This document shows positions 38,334-47,944 of a DNA stretch of 64,000 nucleotides, one piece after another (position 1 is the first letter of the stretch; each line of letters opens with the position of its first letter). This stretch comes from a virus. The stretch is from positions 32,001-96,000 of the IMG/VR virus record IMGVR_UViG_3300042319_001830; one strand, given 5' to 3'. The notes beneath the pieces are model-generated. The model had not been told where the DNA came from, did no database searches, and saw only the letters and a list, made by a program, of their open reading frames with translations. Made by a program: the position numbers and the translations under genes.

Positions 38334-39100
38334 TCAGTGTTAATTGTATGGGCGGATTGGGAAACCAATTATTTCAAGTGTCTGCCACTTATTCATTAGC
38401 ACTATCTAATAATGATAATGCCGTCTTTAATTTTAATAATTGTTGGACACCGCTGCAAGGCAATAAAATAATTAAATATAGAAATACAATTTTTAAAAAT
38501 TTTACACACGTTGATAATTTTATTACGGAAAATTATTATCAAGAACCATCACACAATTATAATGAAATACAATATAAACCAAATTTATTGTTAACTGGAT
38601 ATTTTCAAAGCGAAAAATATTTTGAAAAACACAAAGATTCTTTGATTGATATGTTTTGTTTTGATGATTATAAAGATAAAGCTTTAAATTTTTTGCGTAA
38701 TATTGAGGGTACAAAAACATCTTTACACTTTCGCCGAGGAGATTATATTTTATATCAATCTGCTGTACGTTTATTAGATGAAGAATATTATACTCCAGCA
38801 ACACATTATTTTAAAGATACAACGTTTGTTATATTTTCTGACGATTTAAATTTGGCAAAACAAAAATTTAATAAACCAAATATGGTTGTATTTGATAGTA
38901 AAGATGAAGTATTGAATATGACTTGCATGAGTTTATGTGACAATAACATTATAGCAAACAGTACATTTAGTTGGTGGGGTGCATATCTCAATAAAAGTAA
39001 AAACAAAAAAGTAATAGCACCTTCACAATGGTTTGCAAAAAACTTTATATTACATTCACACGAATATGATATAGTTCCAACTGACTGGATTAAAATATGA
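38330..39100 (+). CDS. GT11 alpha-1,2-fucosyltransferase family
   Basis: GGLGNQLFQ, GYFQSEKYF, HFRRGDY, FSDD, NSTFSWWGAYL. Confidence 0.92.
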   Translation: MISVNCMGGLGNQLFQVSATYSLALSNNDNAVFNFNNCWTPLQGNKIIKYRNTIFKNFTHVDNFITENYYQEPSHNYNEIQYKPNLLLTGYFQSEKYFEKHKDSLIDMFCFDDYKDKALNFLRNIEGTKTSLHFRRGDYILYQSAVRLLDEEYYTPATHYFKDTTFVIFSDDLNLAKQKFNKPNMVVFDSKDEVLNMTCMSLCDNNIIANSTFSWWGAYLNKSKNKKVIAPSQWFAKNFILHSHEYDIVPTDWIKI

Positions 39101-39675
39101 TATACGATAAATTTTTTAAATATAAGGATAATGCAACTGTTTTTATTGAAACTGGCACTTGGTGTGGGCAAGGAGTTATCAATGCTATCGATTCGGAATT
39201 TGATGAAATTCATTCTATAGAATTAGATGAACAGTTGTATAAAGATAATATAGAAAGATTTAAACATAATCCAAATGTAAATCTGTACCACGGTGATAGT
39301 TCTATAATACTATATGATGTTATCAAAAATATAAATAAAAGAATGTTATTTTGGTTAGACGGTCATTATAGTGGCCACGGCACGTCACAGTCTAATGTTA
39401 CTCAATTATATGAATTTCCGTTGATATATGAAATACAACAAATTGATAAACATCATATAAAAGATCATATTATTTTGATTGACGATTTAAGATGTTTCCC
39501 ATCATTTGAAGAACAGGAAAAACTAAATTACAAAACTAAGTATTCATTGGATATATTGACCGAAGAATTATTAAAAATAAATAACAATTATAAATTTAGA
39601 AGAATAGATGGATTTGTCGATCAAGATATTTTATTAGTTACAACAAATGATTTGCCAAACGTAGCATATGTTTGA
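39097..39675 (+). CDS. class I SAM methyltransferase-like
   Basis: FIETGT, SIELD, GDS, FWLDGH, ILIDD. Confidence 0.7.
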   Translation: MIYDKFFKYKDNATVFIETGTWCGQGVINAIDSEFDEIHSIELDEQLYKDNIERFKHNPNVNLYHGDSSIILYDVIKNINKRMLFWLDGHYSGHGTSQSNVTQLYEFPLIYEIQQIDKHHIKDHIILIDDLRCFPSFEEQEKLNYKTKYSLDILTEELLKINNNYKFRRIDGFVDQDILLVTTNDLPNVAYV

Positions 39676-40307
39676 TATTCAACGTAGTCCCATACATTTT
39701 GACTACCAAAATATTCATAAAAAGCCTTTTGTTCTCCTTTGTTCTTATTTCCTTTAAAATTAAACCAATCGTCAAATATTAATAAAGTTCCCTCTTGTAA
39801 TACTGGAGTTATACCATCCAATACCATTTTGGTAGACATATACAAATCACAATCTATGTGAATCAATGCTGCTTTCTGATATTTGATAGGTATTGAATTG
39901 TTAATTGTAGTCAAAAAATCCCCTACTTCAATATTTGGTTTTGGTAAATTATAGTTTTCAAATAAACCATATATTGTATCAGTTGTTACTTTATCGCCTA
40001 TTTTACACATTGGATGATATGAATGATTAACACCAAACATATTCTTTTTCCATCTGGGATGATCGTCAGAATCAGGCAATCCTTCAAACGAATCAAATCC
40101 CACTATTTTTCTATTAAAATTAAGTTTGTGTATGCTTTCTTTGCTCTTTTCGTGAAAATATGATAGTAAAGCTAAACTTCGGCCTGTATATACACCAAAT
40201 TCAAATATGTCTCCTTCTATAAGTTCGTAATCTATAAAACGAATTGCGGTTTTGAAAAACGATGATCTTACATCGAAATCAAGTAAAACATTAATATCAT
40301 TCACCAT
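39621..40307 (-). CDS. TylF/MycF-family O-methyltransferase
   Basis: GDIFEFGVYTG, GFDSFEGLP, HIDCDLY, FDDW. Confidence 0.88.
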   Translation of the reverse strand: MVNDINVLLDFDVRSSFFKTAIRFIDYELIEGDIFEFGVYTGRSLALLSYFHEKSKESIHKLNFNRKIVGFDSFEGLPDSDDHPRWKKNMFGVNHSYHPMCKIGDKVTTDTIYGLFENYNLPKPNIEVGDFLTTINNSIPIKYQKAALIHIDCDLYMSTKMVLDGITPVLQEGTLLIFDDWFNFKGNKNKGEQKAFYEYFGSQNVWDYVEYQTYATFGKSFVVTNKIS

Positions 40308-40317
40308 ATATATAACT

Positions 40318-40436
40318 ATGATTGATTGGTTTGAAGACAGCGGAGATAATACTTTAAGGATAAATTATAATCTCAAAAAACACACAAGTTAACATATAAT
40401 TATGATTTTGTTTGGGAAAATTGGGAACGGTTATAA
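40318..40436 (+). pseudogene. internally deleted FkbM-family methyltransferase remnant
   Basis: MIDWFEDSGDNTLRINYNL joined out of frame to KTHKLTYNYDFVWENWERL*; these resemble the two ends of an FkbM subfamily as I recall it. Confidence 0.6.
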
Positions 40437-40476
40437 ATATGGGGTTTAAAACCATAATTTATATATTTATAAGTAT

Positions 40477-41010
40477 ATGAGGAAGTTAAAAGAATTGGGT
40501 GATCTCGGCGATAGAATGATGCAGGGATTGCCATATGGTCAAGGAGGAGCTATTTCTGGCGCTTCTGATGTGTCTACCTTTGATAGTCCAGATGTGTCTC
40601 AAGATCCCAGTAATTTTGGCACACTAACTGATAAAAGTAAGATCACAGCTGATGCGAAAGATTCAATGTCAAAAATCTCTCCATTTGGTCCGTATACAGG
40701 TCAAAATCCAAAAGACTATGTAGGAGACGTTGAAAAAATCAAATATAAAGTTACTCCTGATGAAATTATTATGGGTATTGACTATGAAATGAAAAAACTT
40801 GTATTAAAAGATAAACAAGTAGCCAAACAAAATGTCGTGAACAATTTAAAGAAAGATCATCAGTACTATAGCAAACTTCATATGTTGGATATAACAGATG
40901 AACCAGAAAAGTCAGAGGAACCAGATTATCGTACCCCACAAGAAAAAGCTATTGCTGAAATAATGAGAGATTTGCACGAAGCGAAAAAACAACGTAGAAA
41001 TTGGAATTAA
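40477..41010 (+). CDS. hypothetical protein with DUF5661-like segment
   Basis: MGIDYEM…AK…NLKKDHQYYSKL parallels GIQIEMEH…DHL..DPKYYSKL in 41209. Confidence 0.65.
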   Translation: MRKLKELGDLGDRMMQGLPYGQGGAISGASDVSTFDSPDVSQDPSNFGTLTDKSKITADAKDSMSKISPFGPYTGQNPKDYVGDVEKIKYKVTPDEIIMGIDYEMKKLVLKDKQVAKQNVVNNLKKDHQYYSKLHMLDITDEPEKSEEPDYRTPQEKAIAEIMRDLHEAKKQRRNWN

Positions 41011-41012
41011 AT

Positions 41013-41216
41013 ATGCGAAACTTTGCTAAAGATGGTGATCCTAAATATCGTAAACCAGATCCGCTTCATAAAGGATGGCATTATATTGGCGATGGTAAAT
41101 TTCACGATCCCACGTTGGGAAGTGATGCAATGCGAGGTCGTAGATGGATGATCGATCCTGGCGCTGGTAGCGGTAAAAGCTTTTCAAAATTTCAACAAGG
41201 TCTTAAAAATGATTAA
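41013..41216 (+). CDS. hypothetical protein
   Basis: Small ORF filling the gap between co-directional genes. Confidence 0.55.
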   Translation: MRNFAKDGDPKYRKPDPLHKGWHYIGDGKFHDPTLGSDAMRGRRWMIDPGAGSGKSFSKFQQGLKND

Positions 41217-42477
41217 TAATTTAATAAAATTACCAGGAGGAGTAGGCGACCGTGCGCCGTCAGATCAAATTGATCCTATTCAACTAAGTACCGGTATACA
41301 AATTGAGATGGAACACACTAATGACCCGGAAATTGCTAAAGAAATTTCATTAGATCATTTAACAGTAGACCCTAAATATTACAGTAAATTAGTTGCTGCT
41401 GGATTAGCTAGTGAATTTAAACCATCAACTGGTTCTGGATTTGGTGATGTAAATCAAAGTATTAATGATAAATCTAGAGTTGGTAATAAAGGTTTACAAA
41501 AAGGTAATATGGGTGGAACTATTGGCGGTACATCAAATGGAGAAGTAGATGGTAGAAATAGCGAACCAATTGTCAATAAAACAATTGATATTGAATTGGA
41601 AAATCAAACTTTTAGTAGCTTAGAAGAAGCTATGTTAGACGAAAAGAAAAGAAGAAAATCTGGTAAAGGTAAAAGAAAACCAAAACCAACAAATCCTGCT
41701 TTATGGGCTAGAGCCAAATCCGCAGCCAGATCTAAATTTGATGTTTATCCCAGCGCTTATGCTAATGGATGGGCGGCTAAATGGTATAAGAGTAAAGGTG
41801 GTGGTTGGAGAATGAGTGAAGCTTATCCAGCTCAGGCTATGGAAAGTCCATTTCCAGAAGACGGAATGATGACTGGCTCTGGTACTGGATCTGGTACAAA
41901 TGGTAGTGGATATGATTTTGTCGGATATGCAGAAAGTAAAAAAACTATGAATAAACAACAATTAAAAGAAGCTATTAAACGAATGATTCGTGAAATTGAA
42001 CAAGATGACGTAAGTGTAGATGCTGAAAAAGAATCTGTGACCATCACATTGGATCGTGAACTTGCTCAAAAACTTCACGATTTATTAATGACACAATTGG
42101 CTCCGGCCGGTGAAGATGCTGAACAAACACCAGCTGGACCCGAAGATGCAAATGCTGTGGTACCAGCTGAAGACGATACAGAGTCTTCTGCAGTTAATAT
42201 GAGCGCTGATCAATTGCCAATTAAAGCTGGAGAAGAAAGTGGTGAATCTGTTGATGACGTTACATCCGATGAATCAGATTCAATGGATGAAGCTAAAAAG
42301 AAATGGATACAAAAAGCTATTACTAAACCAGGCGCTTTGAAAAAACAACTGGGTGTAGCTGCCGGTAAAAAAATAGCATCTAATAAATTATCTGACGCTG
42401 CTAAGAAGAGTGGTAAACTTGGTCAAAGAGCACGATTGGCTAGAACACTTCGTAAGTTAAAAGAAAGTTTGAGATAA
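41209..42477 (+). CDS. modular putative virion protein (DUF5661-like + basic phage modules)
   Basis: EMEHTNDPEIAKEISLDHL; KPTNPALW…YPSAYANGW…KGGGW; KWIQKAI..PGAL…RARLARTL. Confidence 0.7.
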   Translation: MINNLIKLPGGVGDRAPSDQIDPIQLSTGIQIEMEHTNDPEIAKEISLDHLTVDPKYYSKLVAAGLASEFKPSTGSGFGDVNQSINDKSRVGNKGLQKGNMGGTIGGTSNGEVDGRNSEPIVNKTIDIELENQTFSSLEEAMLDEKKRRKSGKGKRKPKPTNPALWARAKSAARSKFDVYPSAYANGWAAKWYKSKGGGWRMSEAYPAQAMESPFPEDGMMTGSGTGSGTNGSGYDFVGYAESKKTMNKQQLKEAIKRMIREIEQDDVSVDAEKESVTITLDRELAQKLHDLLMTQLAPAGEDAEQTPAGPEDANAVVPAEDDTESSAVNMSADQLPIKAGEESGESVDDVTSDESDSMDEAKKKWIQKAITKPGALKKQLGVAAGKKIASNKLSDAAKKSGKLGQRARLARTLRKLKESLR

Positions 42478-42494
42478 TATCCAAATTACGATCT

Positions 42495-44393
42495 ATGAAA
42501 GAAACAGACAATTCATCACTAGCAAATTATAAAGCATATCAAAAATATAAAGGTTATGCTTTAAAAATGATATCAAAGCTTGAAAAAATAAAAGCAACTG
42601 GAAAAAGTAAAGTGACTGTTAGTGACATAGTGACACAAAGTTCTGTATCTTCTATCCTTATTGGGCTGGGCGATAGATTTCCAGAATTAACAACTAAATT
42701 GAAAAATTTGTTGATGTATTCTTTTAATCATAGTGATCTCGTTAAGTTACACCAAACAGGTAAAATGGATCTCAATAGATGGGAAGATCAATCTTTAAGT
42801 GAAAATGCGGAAATGTCGCAAAGTGATATTACGAAGATTATTGATTATAGTGAAAAGTTACAATCAATGTTTGATGTAAATGATAACTTGGAAGATTGGG
42901 TTAAAGCTAAGTTGAATCACGCTTGTGATTATGTAGCCACAGTACGTGATTATTTGAAGTTTTATAATGAAGAAAAACAAAACATTGATAGATTGACTGA
43001 AGAAGTCAAAAACTTAGAACAAAAATTTAATAAAGAAAAGCTAGACACTGTAGTTGACGGGATTCAATACGCTTTAGATGTTGTTGGATTGGAACCGACC
43101 GTTGGAAGCTTTGCTGACGGTGCTAATGTGGTAATTAGTTTATTAAGATCCGCATTAGAAAAAGAGACAGATGAGAAGAAAAAACATTTATTAAATGCAG
43201 CAATAAGTGCGGTATCTATTGTACCGTTTGGAGATTTAGCTAAGATTATAAAACTTCGTGTATTAAGAAAGCCAGCAGTTAAATTATTAAGATTCATTAA
43301 GAACATTTTGAAGTCCAAAAATCCATCATATACAGATACACTTTTGGAAAAATGGTCAAACACATATAAAAAGAGTATTAATTGTAGTAACCCAAAAGGT
43401 TTTAGTCAAAAGGCACATTGTAAAGCCAGAAGACTTAGACAGATGGGTAAAAAGACAAAGAGTAAACCAGTAAGAGAAATATATGAAGCTGTTGTGCGTC
43501 ATATGTTAAAAGAATTCGATAGCAGTATGGCTATGGGTGCTTTGAAACAACTTAACAGTGATGCTAAAGAATTAGAGCAAATGTTGCAACCAAACTCTGA
43601 GTTGGAGGATTGGGTTAAAGCTAAGTTAAACTTGGCCGGTGAGTATTTGGATGATGTGTATCATCATCTAGATCACTTTGGTCCAGAAGGTAGAAAGTTT
43701 GACGAAGTAAAAGTTGCAAACGATATTGAAGAAGGTTGGAAAGACTGGCTTGCTGCTGGGGCTATTGGATTAGCAGCAACTACTGGTAAAGTAGATGCCG
43801 ATAAAGTGAAACAACCATCTAATCCAATTGTACAAACTGCTACAAAAGATTCTGACCCTTCTTTGTTAAACAAAAAAACAAGTGACTATGTAGGTCATTG
43901 GGAAGGTAAAAAAGATACTGTTTATAAAGATAGTGCAGGTTTGCCTACAATTGGAATTGGTCACTATCTAAACAATAGTCAAGAAGACCGTCAATTATTT
44001 AAAGCTTTATTTGGAGATACTGTAAATTATGATAAAGTATTAAATGGTCAACAAAAGCTCACAGATGATCAAATTGAAAAGTTATTTAATATGGATGTTA
44101 AGATTAAAGAGAAACTTGCATCTAAGAAAATTAGTAATTTTACGAGTTTACCAATATATGTTAAAAATGCAGTTATAAATGCTTTGTATAGAGGAGACAT
44201 TGGACCAAAAACAATTGGATTGATGAATAGTGGCGATTGGGCCAATGCGACAAAAGAATATTTGAATCATAAAAATGCAAAGAGTGGCCCATCTCAAATT
44301 CAACGAAGAATGAAGACAAATGCATTAGCATTTGCTCAATACGCAAAAAATAAGAACGAATATATAACGCAGAGTGATTACGTAATTGGATAA
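42495..44393 (+). CDS. modular putative virion protein with C-terminal GH24-type lysozyme
   Basis: Two LEDWVKAKLN repeats, a pre-toxin-TG-like segment, INCSNPKGFSQKAHC, EG..VYKDS.G.PTIGIGH (E-D-T triad). Confidence 0.75.
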   Translation: MKETDNSSLANYKAYQKYKGYALKMISKLEKIKATGKSKVTVSDIVTQSSVSSILIGLGDRFPELTTKLKNLLMYSFNHSDLVKLHQTGKMDLNRWEDQSLSENAEMSQSDITKIIDYSEKLQSMFDVNDNLEDWVKAKLNHACDYVATVRDYLKFYNEEKQNIDRLTEEVKNLEQKFNKEKLDTVVDGIQYALDVVGLEPTVGSFADGANVVISLLRSALEKETDEKKKHLLNAAISAVSIVPFGDLAKIIKLRVLRKPAVKLLRFIKNILKSKNPSYTDTLLEKWSNTYKKSINCSNPKGFSQKAHCKARRLRQMGKKTKSKPVREIYEAVVRHMLKEFDSSMAMGALKQLNSDAKELEQMLQPNSELEDWVKAKLNLAGEYLDDVYHHLDHFGPEGRKFDEVKVANDIEEGWKDWLAAGAIGLAATTGKVDADKVKQPSNPIVQTATKDSDPSLLNKKTSDYVGHWEGKKDTVYKDSAGLPTIGIGHYLNNSQEDRQLFKALFGDTVNYDKVLNGQQKLTDDQIEKLFNMDVKIKEKLASKKISNFTSLPIYVKNAVINALYRGDIGPKTIGLMNSGDWANATKEYLNHKNAKSGPSQIQRRMKTNALAFAQYAKNKNEYITQSDYVIG

Positions 44394-44396
44394 ATT

Positions 44397-44735
44397 ATGA
44401 ATGAATGGCCAACTGTGCCTATGGGCAACTTACAAGCTATGATGGTAATGCGTCAACAGAGTGCGCCTACGCCATCTATTAATGGTTTTGATCCATATCA
44501 AGCTATGTTGAGACGTAAACAATCAAGTGTATCTGATGAGAGTGGTTATATTAATGCGGATGTGGAACAATACGATGTTAAAGATATTCAAGCATTGGAA
44601 GAGTTTTGTCAACAGTATGGTATAATGGGATTTAACTTTGGTAAGATGAATCCCAAATCAGCATTGCGAATGCTTAAAGGAAAGATGGGCATTGTTGATG
44701 AAAAAGTAAATAATAAAAAAATATTATTTGACTAG
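44397..44735 (+). CDS. hypothetical protein
   Basis: 112-aa ORF in operon context. Confidence 0.6.
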   Translation: MNEWPTVPMGNLQAMMVMRQQSAPTPSINGFDPYQAMLRRKQSSVSDESGYINADVEQYDVKDIQALEEFCQQYGIMGFNFGKMNPKSALRMLKGKMGIVDEKVNNKKILFD

Positions 44736-44756
44736 TTTAAGATAGTTATTTTTGTT

Positions 44757-46145
44757 ATGGTAAAACTAATTAATGCTAAAAATTCACCTCTTAATATTGA
44801 AGTTTTGGTTGGACCCAACATTAATGGTGTAGACGCAATGTTTTTGTGGGAGGATAATGTTACAAAAGTACCATTCCACAGTGAACTTATAAAATTGCAT
44901 GCAAATACCGGATATTTTTCTGGTTTAAATAAAAATGTAGATTTTTTTAAAAATGATGTTCTGTTTAAAATAATTAGACTTGATACATACAAAGTTATAT
45001 TTTCATATGTTTTTAAGAATTTTAATTTTATAAATGGGAAAAATATTCTTTACATATCACAGAACAATTATAGCGGATATAGCTATTCGGCTAGAAATTA
45101 TATATTTCAACTGTTACAAAACAATTTTAAAGTACATTGGATAAACAATGCATTTGGTTCTTCTATATATAAACCTTGTAATGAAGAGGAGTTGCAAGTT
45201 TTTAAATGTGAAAACAAATACGATCCCACAGTTGTTTATGATTCTGTAATCATACATCACGTGCCAGATGGTTGGAATGATGCTCGGAAATATTTTAAAA
45301 ACGCAAAAAAAATATACGGATTAACTACGTGGGAAACCACACACTTACACGCTGAGTGGACAGATTATATTAATTTAAGTGTTGTACACGAAGTAATTGT
45401 TCCGTCTCGTTTTAATAAAAAAACATTTATAGATAGTGGTGTTAATAAGAATGTGAGTGTGTGGGCGCACGATGTATTTAGCTTTGTTAAGAATAAAAAT
45501 TTAAAAGTATCCGATGTTTTAAATAAGTTTTATTTATATAAAGACAATAAATACACACAGTCAAATGAGGTTATTAAAAAAATATTAGATAATAATACAG
45601 TTTATTATAATATTAGTCAATATAACGAACGTAAAAATTTAAATCAAGTTATATCAACATTTTGCAAGAAGTTTACAAGTGATGATAATGTTTGTTTGTT
45701 TATCAAAACATATTTTAAAGAATTCACAACATCTCAACAAGAAATGTTGAAGTATAAATTTGCAGAACTGCTTAATACGTATGAAAATATTCCTCCAATT
45801 ATATTTTGTTTTGATAGTTTAAATGATGATGAAGTAAATTTAATTCACGAATTTGGAGATGTTTATTTTACTCTAAATAGAGGTGAGGGATTTGGCTTAT
45901 GTACATACACAGCTAAAAAGATTGGTAACAAAATTATATGCGGTAAATTTGGAGCCGAAAAAGAATTTTTATCTATTACTGATTCATTGATCGATTATAC
46001 ATTAGAGACTCCTTTTAATATGGAGGTATATCATAACTGGTACAACGACGATAGACAAAAATGGGCAGTGTTTAACGATGAAGATGTTTTGGATATGTTA
46101 AAATATTATCCAAAAACGATTAAACAACAATACAATTATAAATGA
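44757..46145 (+). CDS. glycosyltransferase family 4-like with N-terminal extension
   Basis: SGYSYSAR, TTWET, VPSRFN, ERKN, RGEGFGL. Confidence 0.8.
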   Translation: MVKLINAKNSPLNIEVLVGPNINGVDAMFLWEDNVTKVPFHSELIKLHANTGYFSGLNKNVDFFKNDVLFKIIRLDTYKVIFSYVFKNFNFINGKNILYISQNNYSGYSYSARNYIFQLLQNNFKVHWINNAFGSSIYKPCNEEELQVFKCENKYDPTVVYDSVIIHHVPDGWNDARKYFKNAKKIYGLTTWETTHLHAEWTDYINLSVVHEVIVPSRFNKKTFIDSGVNKNVSVWAHDVFSFVKNKNLKVSDVLNKFYLYKDNKYTQSNEVIKKILDNNTVYYNISQYNERKNLNQVISTFCKKFTSDDNVCLFIKTYFKEFTTSQQEMLKYKFAELLNTYENIPPIIFCFDSLNDDEVNLIHEFGDVYFTLNRGEGFGLCTYTAKKIGNKIICGKFGAEKEFLSITDSLIDYTLETPFNMEVYHNWYNDDRQKWAVFNDEDVLDMLKYYPKTIKQQYNYK

Positions 46146-46172
46146 AAAAACCCCCTTTCGGGGGTTTGGTTT
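46145..46172. terminator. bidirectional intrinsic terminator
   Basis: AAAAAACCCCC-TTTC-GGGGGTTT between convergent genes. Confidence 0.8.
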
Positions 46173-46432
46173 TAAAGACTGATCTTCGCTTGTTTTAATT
46201 CAGATGGTAATAATTCGTTTAGTGGCTCAAGACAGTTAACACAATATGGTATGTTAATTGGTACCAACGCGTCTTTATCTGTGCCAGCAAGTATTTTACT
46301 TACTTTTCTAAACATAACGCCATTTTGAAAAACGGCGCCTTGACATTCAGTGCATTGTACTGATTGTGTCTCTTTTAGTCCAAAGTTAACATTTGGCGTT
46401 TGATTCATCCCTTGTATTTTATTGTTAAACAT
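46172..46432 (-). CDS. zinc-ribbon hypothetical protein
   Basis: CTEC…CVNC. Confidence 0.65.
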   Translation of the reverse strand: MFNNKIQGMNQTPNVNFGLKETQSVQCTECQGAVFQNGVMFRKVSKILAGTDKDALVPINIPYCVNCLEPLNELLPSELKQAKISL

Positions 46433-46832
46433 AATTTATATTCCTTTTCTTTTTGTAATCTTCTAACGCTGCATTAAGCGCCTCTGTGGCCAAAACGCTA
46501 CAATGAATTTTCACTGGGGGGAGGCCGCCCAACGCAGTAACAATATCATCATTGTTAAAATTTTTCTGAAGTTCTTCTATATTACGACCTTTTATTAATT
46601 CAGTAGCCATACTGGAAGCAGCTATCGCACTACCACATCCAAATGTCTTAAATCTTGCATCGGTTACTGTTTGTGTAGCATCATCAATTTTAAGAGTGAT
46701 CTTCATAATATCACCACACGCTGCAGCGCCTACTTCACCAGTAGCATCTGCGTCTTTTATATCGCCCATATTTCTTGGGTTCATAAAATGATCCATTACC
46801 GTTTCATTATATAATGTATAAGAGTCACTCAT
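46425..46832 (-). CDS. iscU: Fe-S cluster scaffold protein
   Basis: DHFMNPRN, ACGD, FKTFGCGSAIA, LPPVKIHCS. Confidence 0.95.
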   Translation of the reverse strand: MSDSYTLYNETVMDHFMNPRNMGDIKDADATGEVGAAACGDIMKITLKIDDATQTVTDARFKTFGCGSAIAASSMATELIKGRNIEELQKNFNNDDIVTALGGLPPVKIHCSVLATEALNAALEDYKKKRNINYV

Positions 46833-47944
46833 AGTCCAATTTGTTTTAAGTCATTTTTAACCATCTTTTCAACCAGTTGTTCAAATGAAGTTTCTGGTTT
46901 CCACTTTAATTCATTTCTAGCTTTGGTGCTATCCCCTAGTAATAAATCCACTTCAGCGGGTCTATAAAATTTAGGATTGATTTTTACCAAAACAGAACAT
47001 ACTGGTTCATATTTGTTTGCATCTTTTGTACTAATACTAAATTCAGCAGATTCAGCTTGTCCATGCCATGCACCTTCGATCTCAGCCCCTTTAAATGCGT
47101 ACCATACAAATTCAGCAATTGTATGTGTTTCATTGCTAGATAATACATATTCATTTGGTGTTTCTTGGTTTAACATCTTCCAGATACCGTCAACGAAGTC
47201 TTCAGCGTCACTCCAATCTCTTCTGGCTTTTACATTACCCAATTCAATAGGTTCAAATGATTTACCTTCAACTATAGCTTTTTTGATTCTAGCTACTCCC
47301 TTTGTAATTTTACGAGTGACGAATTCTTCACCTCTTCTAGTGCCTTCGTGATTGAATAACAACCCTTGTACAGCATACAAGTTATAACTTTCTCTGTATA
47401 CTTTAACCAATTGTCTAGCTGCAGATTTACTAGCACCATATGGACTACGAGGTTTAGCGGGATGGTTTTCGTCTTGTGGTGAGTAAACCACATTTCCATA
47501 TTCTTCAGATGATCCCGCATTATAAAATCTACAAGTTGATTTGTGTTGACGAATAGCTTCTAGAATATGAATTATCCCAGTAGTATTACATTCCCAAGTT
47601 TGAGCTGGAAAGTCCCAGCTAGAACCAACGAACGTCTGTGCTGCCAAATTAATAAAGTACTCTGGTTTTAGTTTTTCTACTATTTTGGATATACTATGTG
47701 CATCACTCAAATCAAAGTTAACTATCTTAAATCTTGGATTGTTTTCTAAGTGTCTAATATTTTCGTGATTTTTGATACTCAGTCTTCTAGCACCACCCAC
47801 AATAAAATAGTCTGTATTTTTTAACAGATAATCTACCATAAAACTGCCATCTTGGCCAGTTACGCCTGTAACAAATACAACTGTCTTGTTTTCCGTAAAA
47901 GGAACAACATCATTAATATTATATATTTCCATAAGCTTTTTCAT
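46829..47944 (-). CDS. gmd: GDP-mannose 4,6-dehydratase
   Basis: TGVTGQDGS, NLAAQ, SPYGASK, FNHE, FVTRKI, RDW, YRPAEVDLLLGD. Confidence 0.95.
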   Translation of the reverse strand: MKKLMEIYNINDVVPFTENKTVVFVTGVTGQDGSFMVDYLLKNTDYFIVGGARRLSIKNHENIRHLENNPRFKIVNFDLSDAHSISKIVEKLKPEYFINLAAQTFVGSSWDFPAQTWECNTTGIIHILEAIRQHKSTCRFYNAGSSEEYGNVVYSPQDENHPAKPRSPYGASKSAARQLVKVYRESYNLYAVQGLLFNHEGTRRGEEFVTRKITKGVARIKKAIVEGKSFEPIELGNVKARRDWSDAEDFVDGIWKMLNQETPNEYVLSSNETHTIAEFVWYAFKGAEIEGAWHGQAESAEFSISTKDANKYEPVCSVLVKINPKFYRPAEVDLLLGDSTKARNELKWKPETSFEQLVEKMVKNDLKQIGL

